Below are positions 11,371 through 24,948 of a DNA stretch of 64,000 nt, piece after piece. The notes under the pieces are model-generated. The model saw nothing but the letters and a program-made list of their open reading frames with translations. It ran no database searches and was not told the DNA's origin. The translations under genes and the position numbers were made by a program. How positions within the stretch are numbered: the stretch's first letter is position 1; every line of letters starts with the position of its first letter. The DNA is from Tubulanus polymorphus (taxonomy: Eukaryota; Animalia; Nemertea): NCBI RefSeq assembly GCF_964204645.1, contig NC_134030.1, forward strand, positions 3,948,778 through 4,012,777, in the 5' to 3' direction.

Positions 11371-12243
11371 GATTGAGCATACTTTCTCCTCATTAGTTTG
11401 AGGTATAATTCCCCCTCACTGGTTGCAGTTCACTTCATTTGTTGCAGCTATGAACAATCATCTCAATGATTGAGCATACTTTCTCCTCATTAGTTTGAGG
11501 TATAATTCCCCCTCACTGGTTGCAGTTCACCTCATTTGTTGCAGCTATGAACAATCATCTCAATGATTGAGCATACTTTCTCCGCATTAGTTTGAGGTAT
11601 AATTCCCCCTCACTGGTTGCAGTTCACTTTAGTTGTTGCAGCTATGAACAATCATCTCAATGATTGAGCATACTTTCCCCTTATTAGTTTGAAGTATAAT
11701 TCCCCCTCACTGGTTGCAGTTCACTTTAGTTGTTGCAGCTATGAACAATCATCTCAATGATTGAGCATACTTTCCCCTTATTAGTTTGAAGTATAATTCC
11801 CCCTCACTGGTTGCAGTTCACTTCATTTGTTGCAGCTATGAACAATCATGTCAATGATTGAGCATACTTTCTCCTCACTGGTTTGAAGTATAATTCCCCC
11901 TCACTGGTTGCAGTTCACCTAATTTGTTGCAGCTATGAACAATCATCTCAATGATTGAGCATACTTTCTCCTCATTAGTTTGAGGTATAATTCCCCCTCA
12001 CTGGTTGCAGTTCACCTCATTTGTTGCAGCTATGAACAATCATCTCAATGATTGAGCATACTTTCTCCTCATTAGTTTGAGGTATAATTCCCCCTCACTG
12101 GTTGCAGTTCACTTTATTTGTTGCAGCTATGAACAATCATCTCAATGATTGAGCATACTTTCTCCTTATTAGTTCGCAATATAATTCCCCCTCACTGGTT
12201 GCAGTTCACTTTATTGGTTGCAGCTATGAACAATCATCTCGGC
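11371..12243. repeat. 97-bp tandem repeat, 9 copies (10 copies at about 42206-43175)
   Basis: Monomer gattgagcatactttctcctcattagtttgaggtataattccccctcactggttgcagttcac...gcagctatgaacaatcatctcaat; period measured 11468 to 11565. Confidence 0.97.
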
Positions 12244-12811
12244 ATACTTTCCCCTCGCTGGTTCATTGGTTGCAGTTTTCAACTTTGGTTTGATGATGAT
12301 GAATGTTGGTTCTGTAAACAGCTCTACGCGAGCAGTTGTCAAAATGTTGAAGTCTTTGCCAGACATGGGTTTGATCTCTGTAAGAAAAAGCTAAAAGGGT
12401 TTCGATTAGAATACAGCACCTAATATTAAAAGTCTAGAAAAGACTGATTTACATTTGTAAAAACGCTGTGAAAGGTGTATCGCTAGATTTCTCGCATGAC
12501 TCCTCTCTCTCCTCTGACAAATAAGTAAGACACAAATCTTTTGTTGACTGCTGAATAAATTGATAGTAGTGAAAATTTAGTGTTCAGATACAATGAAAGT
12601 GTGAAGTTGTGTTTTAAACGTTATGTTAGGTAGGTGTACATGCCTCCTCTCTCTCTCTCTCGCCTCTCCTCTCTCTCTCGTAAACAATTAAATAAGACAC
12701 TCAATTGTTTGTATACATTTAGTTTTTTGCTGTGGTTTCCTCAATAGAAAAGTTTGAAACTGTTCATTGATTGCAGCTCATTTCAAACTATATAAAAGTG
12801 AAGTAAAAGTG

Positions 12812-13012
12812 GGTGAATTACTGCTAAATCAATTGGTAGTGATGAAAGTTAAGGGTTAAAAACACTGTGAGTGAATTACTGCTTAATCAATTAGTAGTGA
12901 TGAAAGTTTTAAGTGTTAAAAATAAAAACACTCTGGGTGAATTACTGCTAAATCCATTGGTGGTGATGGAAATTAAGTGTTACAAAACACTGTGGCTAAA
13001 TTACTGCTAAAT
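12812..13012. repeat. Degenerate ~58-bp repeat, 3-4 copies
   Basis: gtgaattactgctaaatcaattggtagtgatgaaagttaagtgttaaaaacactgtg repeated. Confidence 0.8.
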
Positions 13013-13089
13013 CAACCTGACCTTCTTGAATTGTCAAGTAGAACTGTGAGGCACAAGGAATTGGCAGTGACTTACAACACTGATAGCTG

Positions 13090-16000
13090 CCTTATTCAAA
13101 TACTGCTCGTTGCTGCTGTGTGTTTTTGATTTAGAGGTGATATTGAGAATTGTATCTCTTTCCCTTACCTTCGTATTACTACATTAAACATTATTACAAT
13201 AGAATTATTACATTAAACATTATAAGATCATGAATCATTACATAATTACATTATCAAATTACACCGATGACCTCCTTTAATACTTCTGCTTGCTGCTGGG
13301 TGTTAATTGATACACTCTGTTTTGGGGTGATATTGAGTTCAGGAGTCTCCTCCTTCCTTCTTCAACTGTCACGTGACAAACGAACTTAATTATCAGTGTG
13401 TTACATCACTGATGACCTCCTTCAATACTGCTGCTTGCTGCTGGATGTTAATTCTTTGATTTAGAGGTGATATTGAGAATTGTTTCTCTTTCCCTTACCT
13501 TCTTGAATTATTACATTAAACATTATTACAATAGAATTATTACATTAAACATTATAACATCATGAATCATTACATAATTACATTATTAAATTACACTGAT
13601 GACATCCTTTAATACTGCTACTTGCTGCTGGGTGTTAATTGATACACTCCGTTATGGGGTGATATTGAGTGCAGGAGTCTCCTCCTTCCTTCTTCAACTG
13701 TCATGTAGAAACTTGACATACGGACTGAATTATCAGTGTGTTACATCACTGATGACCTCCTTTAATACTGCTGTTTGCTGCTGGGTGTTAATTGATACAC
13801 TCTGTTTTGGGGTGATAATGAGTTAAGGAGTCTCCTCCTTCCTTCTTCAACTGTCATGTAGAAACGTGACAAACGAACTGAATTATCAGTGTGTTACATA
13901 ACTGATGACCTCCTTTAATACTGCTGCTTGCTGCTGGGTGTTAATTCTTTGATTTAGAGGTGATATTGAGAATTGTTTCTCTTTCCCTTACCTTCTTGAA
14001 TTATTACATTAAACATTATAACATCATGAATCATCCTCCATAAATACTGCTGCTTGCTGCTGGGTGTTAATTGATACACTCTGTTTTGGGGTGATATTGG
14101 GTGCAGGAGTCTCCTCCTTTTTTCTTCAACTGCCATGTAGAAACGTGACAAACGAACTGAATAATCAGTGTGTTACAACACTGATGACCTCCTTTAATAC
14201 TGCTGCTTGCTGCTGGGTGTTAATTGATACACTCAGTTTTGGGGTGATATTGGGTGCAGGAGTCTCCTCCTTCCTTCTTCAACTGTCATGTAGCAGTTTG
14301 ACAAACGGACTGAATTATCAGTGTGTTACATCACTGATGACCTCCTTTAATACTGCTGTTTGCTGCTGGGTGTTAATTGATACACTCTGTTTTGGGGTGA
14401 TAATGAGTTAAGGAGTCTCCTCCTTCCTTCTTCAACTGTCATGTAGAAACGTGACAAACGAACTGTATCATCAGTGTGTTACATCACTGATGACCTCCTT
14501 CAATACTGCTGCTTGCTGCTGGGTGTTAATTGATACACTTCGTTTTGGGGTGATATTGAGCGCAGGAGTCTCCTCCTTCCTCCTTCAACTGTCATGTAGA
14601 AACGTGACAAACGAACTGAATTATCAGTGTGTTACATCACTGATGACCTCCTTTAATACTGCTGCTTGCTGCTGGGTGTTAATTCTTTGATTTAGAGGTG
14701 ATATTGAGAATTGTTTCTCTTTCCCTTACCTTCTTGAATTATTACATTAAACATTATTGCAATAGAATTATTACATTAAACATTATAACATCATGAATCA
14801 TCCTCCTTAAATACTGCTGCTTGCTGCTGGGTGTTAATTGATACACTCTGTTTTGGGGTGATATTGGGTGCAGGAGTCTCCTCCTTCCTTCTTCAACTGC
14901 CATGTAGAAACGTGACAAACGAACTGAATTATCAGTGTGTTACATCACTGATGACCTCCTTTAATACTGCTGCTTGCTGCTGGATGTTAATTGATACACT
15001 CAGTTTTGGGGTGATATTGGGTGCAGGAGTCTCCTCCTTCCTTCTTCAACTGTCATGTAGCAGTTTGACAAACGGACTGAATTATCAGTGTGTTACATCA
15101 CTGATGACCTCCTTTAATACTGCTGCTTGCTGCTGGGTGTTAATTGATACACTCTGTTTTGGGGTGATATTGAGTTCAGGAGTCTCCTCCTTCCTTCATC
15201 AACTGTCATGTAGAAACGTGACAAACGGACTGAATTATCAGTGTGTTACAACACTGATGACCTCCTTCAATACTGCTGCTTGCTGCTGGGTGTTAATTCT
15301 TTGATTTAGAGGTGATATTGAGAAGTGTTTCTCTTTCCCTTACCTTCTTGAATTATTACATTAAACATTATTACAATAGAATTATTACATTAAACATTAT
15401 AACATCATGAATCATTACATAATTACATTATTAAATTACACTGATGACCTCCTTTAATACTGCTGCTTGCTGCTGGGTGTTAATTGATACACTCCGTTAT
15501 GGGGTGAAATTGAGTGCAGGAGTCTCCTCCTTCCTTCTTCAAATGTCATGTAGAAACTTGACATACGGACTGAATTATCAGTGTGTTACATCACTGATGA
15601 CCTCCTTCAATACTGCTGCTTGCTGCTGGGTGTTAATTGATACACTCAGTTTTTGGGTGATATTGGGTGCAGGAGTCTCCTTCCTTCTTCAACTGTCATG
15701 TAGCGGTTTGACAAACGGACTGAATTATCAGTGTGTTACATCACTGATGACCTCCTTTAATACTGCTGCTTGCTGCTGGGTGTTAATTGATACACTCAGT
15801 TTTGGGGTGATATTGGGTGCAGGAGTCTCCTCCTTCCTTCTTCAACTGTCATGTAGCGGTTTGACAAACGGACTGAATTATCAGTGTGTTACATCACTGA
15901 TGACCTCCTTCAATACTGCTGCTTGCTGCTGTGTGTTAATTGATACATTCCGTTATGGGGTGATATTGAGTGCAGGAGTCTCCTCCTTCCTTCTTCAACT

Positions 16001-16940
16001 GTCATGTAGAAACTTGACTTACGGACTGAATTATCAGTGTGTTACATCACTGATGACCTCCTTTAATACTGCCGCTTGCTGCTGGGTGTTAATTGATACA
16101 CTCTGTTTTTGGGGTGATATTGAGTTCAGGAGTCTCCTCCTTCCTTCATCAACTGTCATGTAGAAACGTGACAAACGAACTGAATTATCAGTGTGTTACA
16201 TCACTGATGACCTCCTTTAATACTGCTGCTTGCTGCTGGGTGTTAATTCTTTGATTTAGAGGTGATATTGAGAATTGTTTCTCTTTCCCTTACCTTCTTG
16301 AATTATTACATTAAACATTATTACAATAGAATTATTACATTAAACATTATAACATCATGAATCATTACATAATTACATTATTAAATTACACTGATGACCT
16401 CCTTCCTTCTTCAACTGTCATGTAGAAACTTGACATACGGACTGAATTATCAGTGTGTTTAATCACTGATGACCTCCTTCAATACTGCTGCTTGCTGCTG
16501 GGTGTTAAATGATACACTTCGTTTTGGGGTGATATTGAGCGCAGGAGTCTCCTCCTTCCTCCTTCAACTGTCATGTAGAAACGTGACAAACGGACTGAAT
16601 TGTCAGTGTGTTACATCACTGATGACCTCCTTTAATACTGCTGCTTGCTGCTGGGTGTTAATTGATACACTCTGTTTTGGGGTGATATTGATTTAAGGAG
16701 TCTCCTCCTTCCCTCTTCAACTGTCATGTAGAAACGTGACAAACGAACTGAATTATCAGTGTGTTACAACACTGACGACCTCCTTATATACTGCTGCTTG
16801 CTGCTTTGTGTTAATTGATACACTCTGTTTTGGGGTGATAATGAGTTAAGGAGTCTCCTCCTTCCTTCTTCAACTGTCATGTAGAAACGTGACAAAAGAA
16901 CTGAATTATCAGTGTGTTACAACACTGATGACCTCCTTTA
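13090..16940. repeat. Composite satellite: 153-bp A monomers interspersed with an AT-rich B monomer (reduced to about 0.83 kb at 44020-44850)
   Basis: A = ctgatgacctcctttaatactgctgcttgctgctgggtg...gtgtgttacatca (51-codon period in the ORF track). B begins tttgatttagaggtgatattgagaatt at about 13125, 13455, 13948, 14686, 15300 and 16250. Confidence 0.96.
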
Positions 16941-16959
16941 ATTTTAAATTTGAATTCTA

Positions 16960-18650
16960 AATTATTCAAAAGAGCTATCCATTGATAGCTTTGTGGTGGT
17001 TGTATCATTAAAATGGCGCTGGTGTTGGGTCTGTGTACATATTGTATCATATGTCGGTGAATTGGGATTGATTATTTTGTTTCCTGATCGTCCTTATTGC
17101 GACTTTACGTTTTAAATGTATGAATATTCAAAAGAGCTATCCATTGATAGCTTTGTGGTGGTTGCATCTTTGAAATGTCGTTGGTGTTGGTTCTGTGTAC
17201 ATATTGTATCATATGTCGCTGAATTATGATTGATTATTTTGTTTCCTGATCGTCCTTATTGCGACTTTACGTTTTAAATGTATAAATATTCAAAGGAGCT
17301 ATCCATCGATAGCTTTGTGGTGGTTGTATCTTTGAAATGTCGCTGGTGTTGGTTCTCTATATATTGAATCATATGTTGCTGAATTATGATTGTTTCTGCT
17401 TCCCGATTGTCCTCATTAGGACTTAATGTTTAGAATTTGAAAATATTGAAAAGAGTTATCCATTGATAGCTTTGTGGTGGTTGTATCTTTCAAATGTCGC
17501 TGGTGTTGGTTCAGTGTATATATTTTAATATATGTCGGTGAATTGGGATTGATTATTTTGTTTCCTGATCGTCCTATAACGACTTAAAGTTTTGAATGTA
17601 TAAATATTCAAAAGAGCTATCCATTGATAGCTTTGTGGTGGTTTGCATCTTTGAAATGTCGCTGGTGTTGGTTCTGTATATATTGAATCATATGTCGCTG
17701 AATTATGATTGATTCTGTTTCCTGATCGTCCTTATAACGATTTAAAGTTTTGAATGTATAAATATTCAAAGCAGCTATCCATCGATAGCTTTGTGGTGGT
17801 TGTATCATTGAAATGTCGCTGGTGTTGGTTCTGTGTACATATTGTATCATATGTAGCTGAATTTTGATTGATTCTTTTTCCTGATCATCCTTATAACGAC
17901 TTAAAGTTTTAAATGTATAAATACTCAAATCAGCTATCCATTGATAGCTTTGTGGTGGTTGTATCATTGAAATGTCGCTGGTGTTGGTTCAATGTATATA
18001 TTGTAATATATGTCGGTGAATTGGGATTGATTATTTTGTTTCCTGATCGTCCTTATTGCGACTTTACGTTTTAAATGTATGAATATTCAAAAGAGCTATC
18101 CATTGATAGCTTTGTGGTGGTTGCATCATTGAAATGTCGCTGGTGTTAGTTCTGTGTACATATAGTATCATATGTCGCTGAATTTTGATTGATTCTTTTT
18201 CCTGATCATCCTTATAACGACTTAAAGTTTTAAATGTATAAATACTCAAATCAGCTATCCATTGATAGCTTTGTGGTGGTTGTATCATTGAAATGTCGGT
18301 GGTGTTGGTTCAGTGTATATATTGTAATATATGTCGATGAATTGGGATTGATTATTTTGTTTCCTGATAGTCCTTATTGCGACTTTACGTTTTAAATGTA
18401 TAGATATTCAAAAGAGCTATCCATTGATAGCTTTGTGGTGGTTGCATCTTTGAAATGTCGCTGGTGTTGGTTCTGTGTACATATAGTATCATATGTCGCT
18501 GAATTACGATTGATTCTGCTTCCCGAATGTCCTCATTACGACTAAACATTTAGATTGTAAAAATATTCAGAAGAGCTATCCATTGATAGCTTTGTGGTGG
18601 TTGAATCTTTGAAATATCGCTGGTGTTGGTTCTGTGTATATATGGTATCA
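16960..18650. repeat. 159-162-bp satellite, 11 copies (about 13 at 44875-46880)
   Basis: Conserved core agctatccattgatagctttgtggtggttg with dyad AGCTATC-catt-GATAGCT; alternating variant monomers. Confidence 0.96.
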
Positions 18651-19467
18651 GCAAATTATCATTACATACGGAGTTGCGTTTTAAGATTGTTATATTCAAA
18701 GATGCTATTGTTTGATAGCTTAACTTTGGTTCTTTGCACCTGAAGGTTGTCAGGTGTTATTAAAAAACACTAATAGTGGGGTTGAATTAAGTTACTGCTT
18801 TCATAAGGCAGTCAAAGAAATTGTCCAAAAAGACCAATGGAGTTAAATTACATTGCTGCGTTATATCATGACTCAACTCATCTTCGTCGCTGACTGAGTG
18901 ACCCTTTTTCTCTTGCGGAGGCCACCTTGTTTTACCGCAAGAATTCTGGTCCACGCTAACAAAGCTGAATATCGTTCAAGTCTTTGGGATGACACCCCCT
19001 TAAACAATTATCAGCTGGAGTCTCCTTTCTGGATACATGTTAACTGATATTCAATTTTTATCATTTTCTTCTTGCAAAAGTTCTTAATCAATATATAGGT
19101 GTAAAAGAATAATAGGTATGACAGAGTATAAAATAATACTAGATATAAAAGAATGATGTAAAATAATTATAATGTCCTTTGAACTTTACATGTCAACTAA
19201 ACAGTATGGGAAATACTGCTGCCTGTTAATTACTACATTCTGTTTTAAGGGTGATGATTAAAATTTGGATGAATCATTACTTTGTTCAGTATATGCGTTA
19301 GATAGCCCTTGAAGCAGCTAAACTGGGTCAGAGTGTTTTATCAATGCTGATAAACTCTAAACCTGAGTTAATAAAGCTTCAAAACATTGGAGCCAATTCT
19401 TTAAAAGTCTTGTCCATTATAGACTTAAAAGTGAAGATCGATCATCATAAACACCGGTGAAAACAAT

Positions 19468-19523
19468 TGACGTCTCACTTAGCACCTGACGTCTCACTTT
19501 GCACCTGACGTCTCACTTTGCAC
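19468..19523 (+). promoter_or_regulatory. Three tandem 19-bp repeats each with CRE-like TGACGTC (four copies in unit 2, about 47688-47762)
   Basis: tgacgtctcactt(a/t)gcacc repeated, just upstream of the repeated-exon region. Confidence 0.45.
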
Positions 19524-19819
19524 TGATGCATCCATGCACTAATGCACTTGCATGAAATGGCACTAAATACATAAAGACACACAGATTGTGTTTATGTATT
19601 TTTCAGGGTATACACATGCACACCCGCGGGTCCATGTAGCGTGCTATCTTTCTTTGTTCGTGTGTGGAAATAATTTGTGATAAGATTAAACACCCATTTT
19701 GTAGAGAAAAATGTGAAAGGTTAATGATTAATTGTAAAAGTGGTAGAAATTAGATGTGAAAAAATCAATGTCTGAAATAATATAGTGAAGATTAAGTCGC
19801 AGTGATTATAGAGAGATTG

Positions 19820-21780
19820 TCGTGTCAGATCAACCAGATCAGTTGTACTGAGTTATCTCCCTCAAAGTCAGGAGCAACGTGACAAAGAGTCACAGTGAAA
19901 GTTAACAGTTCCAGAGGAACATCGAGTCATGAGTCTGAACTGACTTTAAATCAGGTATGATATTGAAATTGTATAAATCAATTTTCAAAGTCTCAAAATT
20001 GAAAATTATTCATATTTTGTGTTTTCTTGTAGCAAATATTGAGAGGTCCAAAGAACTGAGTCACCAGAGATGAGACAATCACCAGCCATCCGTTAGACGA
20101 ATGTCGCCACTGAGATCAGTGGTACTGATTCATCTCCGTCAAAGTCAGCAAAAAAGTTACAGTCGCAAAGGAAAAGTTAACAGTTCCAGAGGAACGTCGA
20201 GTCATTAGTCTGAACTGACTATAAATCAGGTATGATATTGAAATTATAGGGATCAATTTTCAATGTCTCAAAATTAAGAATTATTCATGTTTTGTGTTTT
20301 CTTGTAGCAAATATTGACGAATAAAGTGTCACCAGAGATGAGATAATCACCAGGCATCAGTTAGATGAATGTCACCACTCAGATCAGTAGTAGTGAGTAA
20401 TCTCCGTCAAAGTCTGGAACAAAGTAACTGAGTCACGAGGAAAGTTAACAGTTCCAACGGAACGTCGAGTCATTAGTCTGAACTGACTATAAATCAGGTA
20501 TGTTAAGATACAGATAACATTGATTTCTTGTTTTAGGAAAAGTCCCAAACATTATGATGGTTTGTTACATGTTTTCTTATAGCAAATCGTTAGACACGCA
20601 ATACCAGAGGAATGATCAGTCATTGAACAGACTATAAGTCAGTCATAAAAATGAAAATTACTCATATTTTTTGTTTTCTTGTAGCAAATGTGGAAAGGTT
20701 TACCGCAGAACTGATTGTCACCAGAGATGAGACAATCACCGGGCATCAGTTAGACGAATGTCACCACTGAGATCAGTAGTACTGAGTCAACTGCCTCAGT
20801 CAAGCTGCAAAGTAGAGTCACAAAGTTAACAGTTGCAAAGGAACGTCGAGTCATTAGTCTGAACTGACTATAAATCAGGTATGATATTGAAAATTACATC
20901 AATTTTCAAGTCTTACATTCAAAATTATACATATTTTTTGTTTTCCTGTTGTAATAAGGAAATATCTAGAGATGGTATGTTACTACAAGATGGAAAAATA
21001 TCTTCAGGGATTCACATGAATATTATCCCTTAGTTGAAAGGATGAAAGAATGGATGAGTCATGAATCTGAATTGACTATAAATCAGGTATATATTGTAAT
21101 AGATAGATTAATTTTATTGATTTAGTGATTGTTGAAACTATCCTTTAAAGTTCGTTGTTTGATTGTCTTGTAGGTGAAAATATGTGAAACATCTAATTAA
21201 ACACGATGTTGGCGTTGCTGGAACTTGGAGAACACTAATGTGTTGCTGGAACTTGGAACTGTAATGCGTTGCTGGAACTTGGAGAACTCTAGTGCGTTGC
21301 TGGAACTTGAAGAACTCTAATGCGTTGCTGGAACTTGGAGAACTCGAATGCGTTGCTGGAACTTGGAGAACTCGAATGCGTTGCTGGAACTTGGAGAACA
21401 CTAATGCGTTGCTGGAACTTGGAGAACTCTAATGCGTTGCTGGAACTTGGAACTCTAATGCGTTGCTGGAACTTGGAACTCTAATGCGTTGCTGGAACTT
21501 GGAGAACACTTATGTGTTGCTGGAAATTGGAACTCCAATGCGTTGCTGGAACTTGGAGAACACTTATGCGTTGCTGGAACTTGGAGAACTCTAATGCGTT
21601 GCTGGAACTTGGAGAACACTAATGTGTTGCTCGAACTTGGAGAACTCTAATGTGTTGCTCCAACTTGGAGAACTCTAATGCATGTTAAGACTTGGAGAAT
21701 TATTGTCTGGGTGCAACTGACCCTGTATGTGAACATGTGTGTTCAATTTGAATTTTATTTTAATTTAAATAAAACAAGTT
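19820..21780 (+). pseudogene. Degenerate transcription unit made of tandemly duplicated exon-intron modules (pseudogene or lncRNA); copy at about 48060-49910
   Basis: Repeated donors aatcag|gtat after 19954, 20229, 20497, 20878 and 21086; acceptors ttg/tatag| before 20033, 20308, 20583, 20685 and 21174; introns of about 78-87 nt; exons similar to each other and interrupted by stops; AATAAA near 21768. Confidence 0.6.
21213..21695. repeat. 26/28-bp minisatellite aatgcgttgctggaacttgg(ag)aactct (shorter at about 49485-49830)
   Basis: Directly visible tandem repeat. Confidence 0.95.
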
Positions 21781-22740
21781 AGAATATCTTTGATTGTTTC
21801 CAAAGAGTTTTTGATGTTGTTTTTAGGTGGAACTGAAATGCAGCAGTCAGTTCCGTAGTGTGTTTGAATATTGACATAACATGATGACTGACCTTGATTT
21901 ATTTGTGTTGACTTCTGTCAGTGTTCGTTAATTACGACTGTTTTAATTCATTTGTTATTGCAAATACATATTTATTTCAATAAAATGGTATGAGGATCTG
22001 TAGAGGAGCCGAGTCAACTTGGTGTTGAATAAGTAAAACGAGGTGGTTAGTGCTTTATAGGTGTGACTTGTGTATTTGAAGTACAGGTACGAGCTTTTAG
22101 ATTTATTGATTTCACGGTGTTTAAATGTTTAAATAAATTATATTGATTTAAAATGGTGTTTGATAATTGGTTGAATGAAGTCTTTGTTTACTTATGTTTA
22201 CTTATATGATACATGTACGTATTGAACTATTGATCACAACTACTGATCTATTCGTGGTTTAGTTGTTCGCTACAAATTGTTTTGTGGTTCTTTTTTCTGT
22301 AATCTACAGTAGACTCGGCTCTTAACTCGAATCTCATTAATCAAGTATAGTATCACATTGACTCAAGCTCTCCCTCCCTCTCTCCTCGACTGACTTGTTC
22401 GAATGGATTTTAGTTAGAACTCGGTCTACTCATGGACATGTAAACTAGTTAAAGTCCAGATTGTATTTACACTTTTATAAAGTGTAATGAGAGATAACTT
22501 CAGTAAACTTTCACTTCAATTCGTGCCAATCTTGGTCTCAGTTCGTCCCAGTAAGGGCGAGCCGGTTTACTGTAGTGTTTGTCACCTTACCCCAGACCTG
22601 CTGGATTACAATCTTATTTAAAGATGAATATTATAGACAGCAGATTGATACACTTTTATTTTACAAACAGAAGATGTGTCAGAAATAAACTAATCTAATA
22701 GAGGTTCATAGTATACTGCGAGATGAGTTGATCCCTACAC

Positions 22741-22890
22741 TGTACAGAGGTGTCCCGGGTTCGAATCCAGTAATAACTGACGCTGATTCAGAGTGGTCCT
22801 GATGCTGAATAGAAGATGTACAGGGATGTCCTGGGTTCGAACCCAGTAATCATCGACACTGATTCAGAATGGCCCTGATGCTGAATAGGG
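22741..22890 (+). repeat. Two ~77-bp tandem units each containing a Pol III B-box (GGTTCGAATCC / GGTTCGAACCC); tRNA/SINE-derived
   Basis: tgtacagaggtgtcccgggttcgaatccagtaat...ctgatgctgaatag repeated twice; no full cloverleaf. Confidence 0.6.
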
Positions 22891-24948
22891 GATCTATTTA
22901 ATTGTTTTTGCGACCTCGCACAAATCTTAGCGCGCAAAAACAAAATAATTTGTTTTTGCGCGGGAAAATTTGTTTTTTCTCGTGGAGGATGAAAAAAATA
23001 TCCGTATGTCCCGATCAGCCACCATAGTTGTTCTACAAGAACATGGCTGATTATTCCAAGCGAATAACTTTCCTTTTCGACTATAATTAACAACCAACAA
23101 TCATTACTCACCTAATATTGAATGTAAACATTGCATCAACCTTGGGATTTACGAACTTGTCGTCGAAGCGTTCGTTATCGCGCAGATAACTTAACAGTAC
23201 AACATTATTCTGACGACATAAAACTGTCAAACTCGCGAATTACAGGACAGTGAAGAATTATGACACGGGATTAATTGTATACAACATACGTCACAGGACG
23301 GAATAATACAGCGATATTGTACGTGTCCTTTTTATTCATAATTCATCGTAAACTACTCGCATCCCTTCTCGTATTCAGAAACAAACATTGATTATTATCA
23401 TATTGACCGGCTTATAAATTGCGACTCATTCTCCTCTGAGATACTATTCCTGTCCCAGTAGTGGCTTAATTTCACAAGACTGTACAAATGCCGATTGTCA
23501 TCAATCGCCGTCTCGATCGGCACAGTTGTTTCCGGGTCAGCGAACGCTTACTATTTAATTTGGCAAAATCTGTCTCTGGATTCGATTGAGAACTCGAAAA
23601 GAAAATGAATTAGTGAAAATTGTTACATCGACGCAAAATTTGAATTTATCGGTTCGGAAACCTCGTAACGCGATAAAACGGTCGAAATTAAACTGACGCC
23701 TTTAGATCTCGCTTTTATGACTCGAAACTATCTACTAGTCTTAATAAACATATATCATTTAATGCCCCCCGATGAAAAAAGCCGCTCTCCGGCCGAATAA
23801 AGCAATTTGCTACAGTGCGACGAGCTGCTCAATTTGGCGACAGGATTATCGACAACTCGTCTCAAATCATGGGAAGCAATATTTCCCTGAGGAGTATACG
23901 ATCAACTGACAGCGTTCTCATTTCAGCATAGTGATCCGTTTAAAACGTATAATATCGTTAGCTACTTCTACAATACATACACTAATTATATACTTAATGC
24001 TTTCGATCATATTGAATTCCATCTGTCAAGACGAACAACGAAACAATTAAAACGGCTTTCATATTGTTGACGCGTTAGAAAAATAAAGAACCGAACGATA
24101 TTTTGTGATGATCTGGTTTTCAGAAATCAAGAGAAGATATTTCGCAATTAACACAGTTTTCTAAAAACAGATATCATCCCTATAAACTACAAGTTTATTA
24201 GCGATGAGATTTCATATCAAAATCTGCAATAAAAAATCCAGGCCAAATATATATACCCGATACGGGTGGATAAGAGTAGATACATTTCCCATGATATTGT
24301 ACTTGGGGGGAAATGTAGGCTACGTCGAGAGCGTGTCCATTTTATAGGAACGGTCGTATCTGAATCTGTCCATATGTGGTATTATATTATATTGTGGCCT
24401 ATAAAACTCGCCCTGAATTATAGTAAATGAAATCCGTCTGTCAGAGACACATGTAATCATCAACCCGAGTACAACATTGTCTCTATTTGAATTGTATTTC
24501 CCGCAGAAATCAATTCCTAGATCCGATTATCAGATTGTTAATGAGCTATGAATATTATATTGGAAGGGTTGCGTTGCCATTTCACTCGCGTTTATAGTGT
24601 TATATCATCGTATGTCGGGATTGATTTCCGAACTGGGTTTGATGCGGCCTTCTTGTAAAGCACCTCTCACACGGTCCATAAATTGGGTGGAGGGAAGAAA
24701 ATCACATTTTAAGTACGTCCACATTTTATTTCAACGTCAAATTCCATGGGTTACATATCATTCAATTAAAGAAACAACGCATAAATGATATAGACGACAG
24801 ACTTGGCTCGTATTGTAACTTCATTGTTTCTTTTTGAATTCTATGATCAATCCCGATTGATAGGTTACTTCGAAAATCAGGTTTTTTACATTGAGTTCGG
24901 AGATGTTTAAGCATTCTCCGATAGCAGATGAGAACTCCATCGACTGTT

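Noticed and set aside
11371-12243. Hammerhead-ribozyme-like string on the minus strand of the 97-bp repeat (ctaatgag-ga-gaaa-gtatgc-tc), attractive because Penelope elements carry hammerheads
   Set aside because: Core reads CUAAUGA rather than CUGAUGA, there is no stem II, and stem I does not pair next to the cleavage site.
13599-16696. Repetitive 51-aa ORFs (MTSFNTAACCW...) and the CTGATGA...GAAAC motif in the 153-bp satellite
   Set aside because: Frames are broken by stops and B monomers and are nearly lost in unit 2; no hammerhead stem II/III geometry.
17617-18288. Minus-strand 53-aa repeat ORFs (MIQPPQSYQW...)
   Set aside because: By-product of a triplet-length satellite; frequent stops and frameshifts; no gene signals.
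7388-18650. CRISPR-like appearance of palindromic repeats
   Set aside because: Sequences between the dyads are homologous rather than unique spacers, no cas genes are present, and the context is eukaryotic.
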